Origin: Lama glama
Taxonomy: Eukaryota
Reading direction: 5' to 3'
Length of the DNA: 64,000 bases
Assembly: GCA_028534125.1 (NCBI GenBank)
Contig: CM052816.1
Location: forward strand, 73,472,001 to 73,536,000
Below are positions 53,509 to 64,000 of the stretch, piece by piece. Positions within the stretch are counted from its first letter, which is position 1; the number at the start of each line of letters is the position of its first letter. The translations under genes were made by a program, and so were the position numbers. Below the pieces are notes generated by a model. The model was not told the DNA's origin, searched no databases, and saw only the letters and a list, made by a program, of their open reading frames with translations.

Positions 53509-53997
53509 TAAACATTTTTTTATTGATTTATAATCATTTTACAAGGTTGTATCAAATTCCAGTGTAGAGCACAATTTTTCAGTTATACATGAACATACAT
53601 ATATTCATTGTCACATGTTTTTCTCCATGAGCTACCATAAGATCTTGTATATATTTCCCTGTGCTATACAGTATAATCTTGTTTATCTATTCTACAATTT
53701 TGAAACCCCAGTCTATCCCTTCCCACCTTCCGCCCCCTTGGCAACTACAAGTTTGTATTCTATGCCTATGAGTCTATTTCTGTTTTGTATTTATGCTTTG
53801 TTTATTTTTATTTTTATTTTTTTTTTAGATTCCACATATGAGCGACCTCATATGGTATTTTCTTTCTCTTTCTGGCTTACTTCACTTAGAATGACATTCT
53901 CCAGGAGCATCCATGTTGCTGCAAATGGCATTATGTTGTCGGTTTTTATGGTTGAGTAGTATTCCATTGTATAAATATATCACATCTTCTTTACCCA
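53509..53997 (-). mobile_element. Young 5'-truncated L1 3' end (camelid type)
   Basis: Perfect 16-bp TSD gagttaccatcttttt at 53493-53508 and 53998-54013. Antisense L1 3' text ctggcttacttcacttagaatgac...catccatgttgctgcaaatggca. Confidence 0.92.
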
Positions 53998-55324
53998 GAG
54001 TTACCATCTTTTGATAGAGTAACTGTCCACTACCAGAGGATATAATCTAGTACCTTCCCCTGATACTTCTAATGCCTTTAGCTTCCCATCATAAAGTAAT
54101 TTTCCATCTTTACTTTAGAAAGAATTATGGTAAACTTTTTTCTTAAAAGTTTTTTTTTTTCTTAAAAGTTTAAACTGCAAAAGAAGATATAACTCAGATG
54201 AGTTTGGAAGTCTCTTAGCCTCCTAAGCTTGGTCTATAGCCAAGATCTGAGCCTCTTTCTTATTTTGCAGTACTCCCTGAAGCTGTCAGTTTCTGACATA
54301 TGTAGTGAATTCTACAATACAATTCAGGTATAAAGAAGTCATGTTCATTAACCGTTTCTAACTTGTTGCCTCATTACTATGTGATCCAAGGTGATCTTAC
54401 TTGATCTTACTTCATATACCAAGGTGGTGGTATATGAACGAGCTGAAGAGACAAACTATAAAGGAAAAATTTATCTAGAGTGACTAAGAAAATAACTAAT
54501 GAAAACAAAAAGAATAATTAAGATTTCCCATAGATAACAAGTGTGTTTAAAATCATAAATGATTTCAAGTCAATATGTAGTCAGTGACAATCTACCTTAG
54601 TAGTTAATCTTCTAATGACATAGAACAAATGCCAGGTTGCCAAAAATTACTTTCTTCATATTGTAAAGAGGGTCTCATTAATCAGTGAAGAAAGATGTTG
54701 TCAATGACCTCATTGGAAAGTCACATTTAAAGGGGACAAATGCTTCATGCTCATTTTTCACTTTTCAACAAACATCTTTTGGGGGGCTTCTTGAGTATAT
54801 AAGATAATTCGTGTGAAATTTGAAACTGTAAAACTTGCTTAGTCCAAAGTTCTCACAGAAAATTTAGAACACTCAAGCTTCATTTGAAATTTCTTTAGAA
54901 ACTTCCAATCTGTATTTTTTAACTTGCTATTGATTTCAAGAACATCTTATGGCTGAATCTTGCTGGTTCACTGTAAGTAAAAATTTTATATCCTTATGAA
55001 AGGTTAAATATCTTTGATAAATACTTCTATTCATCTAAGTTTCCTAGTGACTCATAATTAGCTATTAAAAGAGAACTATGTTTAAATGAGATATCTCGGT
55101 TATTTTAATGCAAGTTTTCACTTGAAGAGCCATTATCTTTTGTACTGCAAGCTGAAAACTATTAATAATGCACTAAATGATGGGCATTTAGAGATCTGAG
55201 GCAAGTAAAACAAAACTTTTTTTAAAAAAACATGTAATTTTTAGGTAAAATATATTCATCTCTGGTTTTTTCCCCAAAATGAACTCCAGGAAAGTTGGAA
55301 AAGTCAGAAAGCACACTTATTCAG

Positions 55325-55750
55325 GTGCACATTCACTATTCCACAAATATTTATTGAGTACCTTCTATATTCCAAGCTCTATGAAATATCTTGGGGACAA
55401 CAACAAAATTAGTCATTGCTGTCCCCTCACATGGAACTCAAAGCCTAGAACCAGAGATGGGCACATAACACATCATCATATAATGCAGTATGCGCAGAAG
55501 AACAGGGCAGTGCAGGCACAAAAAGAGGGAAGAGTTACCACTGCCTCAGAGTGTTTGGGTGTCAACACTCAGAAATGAGTAATGTCAATTCAAGTTTCTC
55601 CAGGGGGAACCTCTTCATCAGAGGATAAAGGACACATAGAATATTCTCCAGGATATCAGGAGCACTGTAAATAGAGGGAGAAGAGCATATACAAGGGCAG
55701 ATAGGATTGAAACAATTGGTCATATTTAGGGAAATACAAAATACTTCACT
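55325..55750 (-). mobile_element. L2 fragment
   Basis: attcactattccacaaatatttattgagtaccttctatattccaagc...tgtcccctcacatggaactca. Confidence 0.7.
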
Positions 55751-55879
55751 TGGTATTTATTCTCCAGCACATACTATCCATTGATATTCTGACATCTCTA
55801 CATAGAATAGAGGATATGACAAAAAGCTGATGGGACAGGCTACTGTGAGTAATATTAGTCTTATCAACTATAAGGAAAT

Positions 55880-56070
55880 ATAAGAATAGCTGCTATGCTA
55901 TATTGTGGTTATAGGAACTTCATATACGTCAAGGTTAATTCCATCAAAAATACAAGTAGCAGGTGGTATTTTCCCATTTTTCAGAAGTAAAGGATAAGTT
56001 GTCAGAGTTGACAAGGACAATGAATAGCAGAGCCATGATGTCAAACTGGGTTGGCTTGAATCCAGTCATT
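55880..56070 (-). mobile_element. MIR fragment
   Basis: gcaggtggtattttcccattttttcagaag...aatagcagagccatgatgtcaaac. Confidence 0.55.
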
Positions 56071-57379
56071 ATTAAATATTGTCCTTCTTTGTGTTAGCTG
56101 GTTTAGTAAGATTTTTTAGAGAGTACAGTCTTCTCAAGGGTCCTTCAGAGGTAGAAGCAGAAGGCATACACGTGTGGGATTTGTTTGAACAAAATAAATA
56201 CAAATCACTTTTCTGCTAAAGGGAGCAAATGAGAGAGTGGTAAGAGGTAGCTTTGTGTGTATGTGCATTTGAGAGACTTTTTGCAAATGCAGATGGAAAG
56301 GAATGAGAAATAGTATCTAGGTGCCTAAGAAATAGAAACTATAAAACTGCTGAGCAGACAAACCAAAATCAGTGAAAATTTTCAAGTAAACTTACAGAAA
56401 ATATCAAATGCATATTTATTAAGTGCAACATAATAATGAGTTTGGAAGTCATGAAGAATCTGTAGAAACTCAACATTTCTAAGCCTTGCCAGACTATGCA
56501 AGACAGACCTCTCTCCATCCTGGCTCAGCTCCTAAACAGAGTTATTATCTGGAGAGATAATTCCAGATGCTTTGACCCTTTCCAAATTCTTATTTGATGA
56601 TCAATCATCTGGAGTGGAGCTCTTTCTGTCCATTGGGTTTTCAGAGTGATGCACCAAGGTTTACTCTCCTAATTAACACCATGGGTCATCTCCATACACC
56701 CAGTAGTTCTTGGAGACTGTCAGATTCTCAAATCTATGACACTGTCCTTGGGGAGGAGAGGGATGGGTGGACCCCTTGAGTGGCCTTCAAATGCCTCAGT
56801 ATTAAAATAGAAGTCTCTTGTGAGTGTCTGAAAAATCTCAGCTGTTACTCTTCCAACTTAAAAAAATTTTGAACTCAGAAAGCAATAAACTACAAGTTAA
56901 GAAGGCCCATAGAGCTTCTGTGGGACAGCAGAAGCCTTTTTTAGCTGAACTAGCAAACTCTGATTGTCATCATTCCAGTCAAGATTTCAACACTGAAGAA
57001 TAATCTTGACACAGAGTTGCCTCTGCAAGGCAACTCTTTGCATGTAAAATTTTTTATTATTGCTTGTAAGTCCATGGAATACCTTTTATTACAGACACTT
57101 CAGGGCACTTAGGTTTGTGTTCTCTATTGGGTCAATGAGATAACTAGGAGGACACTCATTCAGAAAATGTTGGAAGTTTAAATTAGAAAGATTAGACATT
57201 CACGTATGTTTTCTTCAGCAACAGGCCTCCTTAGAAGACCCAAATTTTGAAATATTATTAAGACAGAATGTTTTCTAGATAAAGCCATGCCTTGATTGTC
57301 AATCAGTGGTCAATTGGTGATGGGATTGCTACAGGTGTCTTGCTACTTTTGATAGTAGTGAAAATAAATGATTGTCATT

Positions 57380-57810
57380 ATGTGCTACAAACATTCATTA
57401 AGTACCTGCAGGCATAACATAAAAAGGCATGAGATTCCAGATGCAAGCTTAAGAGTCTTCAATCTAGTTTAGGAGACAAGGTTGGTAATATGATAAATAC
57501 CCATAAAAATTCCCAATTACTGAGCACAAATGGGATGGTAGGCATGAAGAATCCATAGAGGTAGACACTTGAGAAATCCTCTTTGAAGGAAATATGCAAT
57601 CTAGACAAGTGAAGTGGCAAGGAACTCAAGGTGGTGGCCATGGCCTAAATGAGAAATGTGGCTAGTATGCTCAGGGATCAAGCACCAGATGCATGTAGAA
57701 GAATGAATGGTTGCCACAAGGAAGGGAGTGTGAGAGATTTGCAAGAAAGCCAAATGAGCATATCAAAAGCCATTGGAAAATCTCAAGTGCAATGCTAAGT
57801 AGGAGAGTTA
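57380..57810 (-). mobile_element. L2 fragment
   Basis: caaacattcattaagtacct...cttaagagtcttcaatctagtt. Confidence 0.55.
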
Positions 57811-60189
57811 AATTGACACACTAAATGTCTTACCCTTCAAAACCACTTTTCTTGATGGAGTATATTTTAAACAATTAAATGAATTCTGTTTTAATTAAAG
57901 ATGATTTTTAAGTGATTAAGATAATGTCTTTAAAGTGGAACAATGAATTGTAACATTTGTACTTCAAAACTCTCCAAATGTGTCTTGACAAACATTGTCC
58001 CATGAAGTCATGTCATTTTGAGTCAAAACAATGAATGAACACTGGTCAATCCAAAGCGTTTTGGTGGTTTTCAGGACTGTGAGGACTGGGATGATCTGAA
58101 GCAGGTAAGTCTTAGGGTTCATAAAAGGACACAGTTATTCTAAGAAGGTGATTCAGTCCAGGAAAGTGGCCCTTTCTAAACAATAACAAGGCTAAACATA
58201 GATCACAAATTTCCAAGATGAAACTAGGTTTCCCAGTCTAGTCAAATTAGACCACCATTACTTAGCCAGCACAAGCTACCTTGGGAATCAAGGGGCAAAG
58301 TAATCAACCAGTAAATAGTGTATGCCGTATGCAAATGATTACATGTGTCACTGTGTAGGTCCCTACTGCAAAGTGCAGTGAATACCTTCCTCCCTCTGAT
58401 TCAGTCTGCAGGATTGGCCCAAAAAGGCTTATCTAACCCAGACTTCCTCTCTCCAAGGTAATGTGGAAGGTTGTGTAATTTCCTTAGAAAGCTGCACAAT
58501 GCCACGTGGAATAATTAAGGATCATTTTCCCTAGGAGATCCAGAATATCATACGTCAATGTCTTTGAATACGCATCTGAATTTTGCAGTACTATCTTGCC
58601 AATGTGTATCAATACAATTTTTCTTAGAAAAATCCTTTATGTAGAAATGTGCTTCCTCAGAGTATAGCAGGAAGAAAAGCCTCAAGACTTCACTAGCACA
58701 TAAACTAAATATTAGCACTCTGCAAGGAACTGTGGATGGTTCCAAAGCAGTACAAGACGGCACCCCCACCTTTACAAGATTTCGAATCTTGGTATAAGAC
58801 TGCACATAATCAACTACTGAAAGGCTTGAGTCTTTGTGATACTGAGATTTGGAGGTTTGGGGCTGTGTGTATTGCATCACACAGAAAACAACTGTATGAA
58901 AAAACAGTCTTTTTTTGAGATAACATTTTGAAATTTTCTATTTTGGGGGACTAATCCTATTAATTATATAATTTCCAGTTTTTCATGTCTTTTAAAATAG
59001 ATATATCAATTTAAGATACATTGTACTAACTTTTAGTGTTGTCATGGGTAGAACATGTACCATTAAAATTGATGTGTGGAGATAATATGCACCACATGGT
59101 TTCTCACTGTCTATATGTCTGGCTTTAATCACAGATTCTTCATGAAATGTTGCAATCCTGGGGTGAGTTAGCTGTGAGATTCTTCTGGGGTACAGACCAG
59201 GCTGTGGATTATAGGTGAAACTGCATTATGAGGCTACTGAGGTTAATTATGTCTGAAAGTTTCCAGGACAATTCACATCAGTTGACACTCTGTGCTCACT
59301 AAATAAACAATCTGGAGGGAGTCCTTTATTAGCAGAGTAAGAAAGCAGCTAGCTGTCTGTGTTCTATAATGTCCTTTTGTTTTTTAGAGCTTCTGGCTCG
59401 AATAGTCTTTCTGTTTGCTTAATGTATGCTTTATTAAGCCAAATAATGAAAAGCCAAGAGGATCATAATCCTGAATGTAAATTCTCTATCTCAAGGAACA
59501 GTTCTTAATGTAAGATTATGTGCCCCAGGACAGCAGCCCACTGCACCACAGGGAAAGCATCCCAGTGTTTACCCACAACTTGAAAGTGCATGGTGTAGCG
59601 CTAGGAGCCTTCCTAACTTGCAGAAGTTTATAAAGAAGTTAGCCAACAAGCATAGGTCAGTGATCATCTCCCTTGAGTACATTCTGCCTTATCTATTGGA
59701 AACTTCTGCCGCGTAGAAGCCTCCTAATTCTCAATGAGTCACAGTTTTCTTACCTATAACACTCTTTTCAGTTCTTAAACAAAGGAAGGGTTAAAACAAC
59801 AACAACAACACTGGGCCCAGTAGTCCAAGCGGACCTGAAAATGCCTTTGCCTTCCATCAAGCTTCCTGTTTTTGAAGTCACTCCCTCTCAGGTACACCAG
59901 TTTCACTTTTCTTCACATGGTCCCTACTTTATCATCTTATAATTTGGCGGTATAAGTTCTGGAGGAGATAGAGGGAAATGTATAATTCATACAGGTCTTT
60001 TTAAGAAACTCCATGACAGAAAAGACTAGGAAGCTTTAGGGTTTTGATAACCTTTTAAGTCAAAAGAAACTCTACTTAGCTATAGAGAGAAACCTGTATT
60101 CACCAAGATGCTGAAGAAGCAGGAGAATTTTGCCCCAGATTGGCATCTTTGTCATTAAACTACTTAAGCTCCTTACAAAGAGAGGTAAA

Positions 60190-60680
60190 ATAGAATAATG
60201 GTGAAGAGCAAGGACACTGTATGGGATGCTGAGTTTGAATCCTGGCTTCACTACTTATGTGTATGTATGTAACCTCAGGCAAGTTACTGAACCTCAGGTG
60301 CCAGTTATCTCTCAGTAAAATAGGATACTAACAGCATCTCAGTCATAGGGCTGTTAAAAGGTTAAATGACTTGATATGTATCACCTGGTACGTGTTATAC
60401 AAAATTTCAACTGGAAATTCTCAATTCCATCCAGTTCTCCAATATCAAGTTCGCTGTTAGCATCTACCTAGAGATCAGTTTTTATGCCTACAAACTAATG
60501 AGAAAAGAAACAGACAAATTACAAAATATGGAAGTTTCCGCCCTATCCCAGCTCTGGTAAATTGTGTGACTGTGCAATTACTTGATCTTTTCAGGTTCAG
60601 GTTTCCTCAGCTGTAAAATGAGGAGATTGAAGTAGATTACTTCTGTGGCTTCTTTCAGGTCTAACATCCAATTACTCCAA
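60190..60680 (+). mobile_element. Two MIR SINEs (about 60190-60400 and 60530-60680)
   Basis: tgagtttgaatcctggcttcactactta...ggcaagttactgaacctc...gtaaaatagg; gtttcctcagctgtaaaatgaggagattg. Confidence 0.75.
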
Positions 60681-62353
60681 CTCTAGAGATTTGTTGTTGC
60701 CCAGCCAAAATAACTCATCATGTTCCCAAATTGCATTAGAATGTTTGCTTTTCATAAAATCTTAGGAAATTACAGGTAGTGTTAGAGATCTAAATGGCAC
60801 CTCTCACCTAGACACACACATACTTTTTTTCCCTTTGTAACAATCCTTTTTCTAAAAGTCTTGGCAGTTGGAGCAGGAAGAAGTGAAACATTAGATTTTT
60901 GAAAGCAAAGTATATTGCAGGGAAAGGGTTATAAGGTCACCCGGTTAGTCTCAAGTGTGTAATTCTTTTCTCTCTCACTTCATTCTTGTTTCTTCAGAGT
61001 AGCAGTTGAGTAATATTGCATCAGTTTGATAAGGCTCTCTTGCCCTTCCTAACAACTAAAACTATCCTAGACACCTTTTTCATGGACACTCCCTCCATTA
61101 AAGTATCAGAGAACTTTAGAACTGCTTTTAAAATAGCAGATAAATTAATGATTTTCTTGAGAAATTCTTTCTACTAGAAGAGTCTGACTGAGAAACTGTT
61201 AATAATGTCCTGTAAGATCCTCATCCTTAGAGAATGGAGCATTTCTGTCTCCAGAAATATGCTCAGAAAACATCCCTGAGACATTGATATTAGAAAAGGA
61301 ACAGACCCAAGCTCCACTGCATTTGGCTGCCAGTAAAGAGCTCATTTTGTTTACATTATTTCTCTCCAAAGAAGACAAGATGAGATTGTCATTATCCAAA
61401 TGTTGTCCAGTGTTTTCCAACTCAGTTCCTGAGCTAAAGTAAGAGATTGCCAAAAATCATGTTTACAACATTGAATGCATTGTGTAATAAAGTGTTAGGT
61501 AGATCAGCTAATAAAATTACTTATTTTAGACTTAAATCTAAGTTGAATTTAGGTCTAATTCTCTTCCCCAAAGGGGACAAAGAGAGGTGATTTTTCAATA
61601 TACTGAAATGCACTCAACTTTTTGTTGATAACAGAGAGTGAGATCTCATCCAGATATTGCCCATGGGAAACACATCTTTTCAGTGGGAAAAGTTGGCTAA
61701 TCTCAACCAAATTGCTAATGGTCATCTAATTGGCTTTGATTCTCAAATTTGTTAAAATGAAGTTGGCAAAGAATATTCTTTATTGTTCCTATTGGCTGAC
61801 CTATGGACTCTGAGCAGGAATAGAGTTGCTGAAAGTTAGGGGTGGAGCTGAAATTAAATCCTTAGATTCCCATCATTGATTTCCTAGGGGAAATTGTAAC
61901 AGCTTCACCTCCCACCTTTTTCTGACACTGAGAGTTGTATGATCAGCATTCCCTTGTTAAAATATTAGTGATTCAAGCCTCTTGGGAAAGGCAGTGATGT
62001 GCTTTGAATATCTGGCCCAAAGTACCACTGAAGATAATTTATTTCAATTTATTCTACTTATAAGATGCAGATTAGGAAAACAGAATCACGATGCTTTAAA
62101 TATAAATGCATCTTACTCTCAAAACAGTCATGCAGAGTCATCTATAAGAAGTTTTCTCTTCTATGCTACATTGTACTTACTACTATCATTTTAGTGTTAA
62201 AGTATTGCAAAAGATATGGGCCATTGGGCTCTCTTTGTTTTTATGATAACTTTGTACACTAATACTTTGTAAGTCATCCTTCATTGAGTTCAGGAATCTG
62301 ATATGCTTGTTAGTTCTCTGCTTTCTCAGTAAATGGTACCATTTTCATGTAGT

Positions 62354-62409
<56 letters not shown>
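62354..62409. repeat. Compound (TG)n(TA)n microsatellite
   Basis: Directly visible. Confidence 0.95.
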
Positions 62410-62410
<1 letters not shown>

Positions 62411-64000
62411 CGGAATTTTGAGTCCTCAACAAGTTTTCTGTTCCCTACTTGAATCTATTCATACCACAGCCTTGTAAGTTTTTTTTTTTCTCTTTCTGTT
62501 CAATCTTTTTTCATGTCTTCAACAAAGGCATCATTATCCCATGTAGAAAGGGAATACATTCTGGGTTTTTCGTAAATACCGCCTTTAGAAGATCATCTGT
62601 AATATCAGGTTGGGGCCACGCACATCAGACTGTTTTGGTGTGATGAGACTACACACGCTGAAGAGTCCAGGAGATAATAGCTATGCTCCTTGAATCAACT
62701 GTCTGCTTCCCTACCCCATTTTTCCAACTGTAAATGCAAGTGAAATAAATGTTCTTGTAAATTCTATTCTCTTTCTCATGCCATTGAGACCATAGTTCTG
62801 CACTAGATGGACATATAATTTGAAGACTGGGTTCATGCAAAGAGAAGGAAGTCATTGTCTTCTTAAGATTTGAGTTTACATCAACACTTCCTAGCCAGAT
62901 AGAAAGCCTAACGACTGGAAAAGGGAACCAGTCTTACAACGGTAGTGAATCATAAAAGCTAATAAAACCACGATCCTACCAAAGCTGCATCTGGAAGTGA
63001 GGTTTTAAGAAGCAGGCAGGAATGTGCACTAATTATCGGATTGTTAATATGTTACATGTGTTTTGGAGAGGAGATAGTGTGACTCAGGGCAGGCAGTAGC
63101 TGAACCAGTAGCCCTGGGTTTTATCCATCACAGATTTAGTATTAAAATTCCAGCTGCATTAAAACTTTTCTAATGCAACAAATTCCCATATACAACCTGG
63201 TGCTACAACCAAACATACTACCACTTTCAGAGATTTTAACATTTATATGAAGACTGGGGTCTATTTGGACACCTTCTGAACAGGATGGAAAGTTTAGATA
63301 TATCCATTAGGTGATGTTTAGAGCTTTGCCATGAAAATGAACAAAATTTGAAGGCCCTCAAGATCTTCAGATACAATTAGACTTAAAAGTAAATTAATTA
63401 TTTGACTTTAAAAAGCCAGTGTAATTTCCCTTCAGTGTGAGGTAGATGGAGAGTCAGAGAAGATATAGTAAATATAATGTAGTACAAATAATATTAAATT
63501 TATATTTAATAAACTTCTACTTAAAAATATACCTTCTTCTTAGCCATTATGAAAAATACCATTAATTACAATATCAAGGCAACATATATGCCAGATAAAA
63601 ATATGCTAGTAAGAACCGAGAACATAGACATTTAACATGCAATCATTTTCTCATTTCTATTTAAAAGTTCTACTTAAAAGGGAGACTTAAATGTTACTAG
63701 AGAAAGCAATTTAAGAATCTGGTACGTTCTTTGTTAAGTGTTATGTTTCTTTGTATGTATTCTCTTAAGAAAAAGGAACTTTTTAACATTCAGAAGGTAA
63801 GGCAGATCCAACACACTCTAAACTAAGAAAGAATACCAGAGTTTTAGCTCGTTATTCACTATCTTACTCCATGCTTTAATTTTTATTTAGTTACATTGCT
63901 GTAGTATGAGAGACAAAGATAGAGGGGAAAAATCCTCACATTATTTATGGAGTAAGTACATTTGTTACAACTTCATTTCATTTCAGAAATGGGAACATAT

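Overview
Mammalian genomic DNA, AT-rich and rich in interspersed repeats. It is most likely camelid, based on a tRNA-Ala-derived vic-1-type SINE, a young camelid-type L1 3' end and cetartiodactyl-like FGF10 indels. The window centres on the 5' end of FGF10 (+ strand): about 29 kb of upstream sequence, a CpG-island promoter, a long 5' leader, coding exon 1 (30501-30837, phase-1 donor) and the first 33 kb of intron 1. Exons 2-3 lie outside the window. I can support no other protein-coding gene, true RNA gene or CRISPR array; other ORFs are decayed L1/LTR frames or chance. I see no clear new multi-gene system. The most promising unexplained structure is around the FGF10 start codon: a 40-codon strong-Kozak uORF whose stop overlaps an ATG of an ORF that runs across the main start, plus a strong-Kozak alternative-frame 94-aa ORF with two hydrophobic segments inside exon 1. 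Also notable are a three-level L1/L1/LTR nest, a complete sense-oriented MaLR provirus with both polyA signals degraded, and candidate cryptic exons and enhancers. Repeat family names and cross-species comparisons come from recalled sequences, not searches; old-repeat boundaries are approximate.
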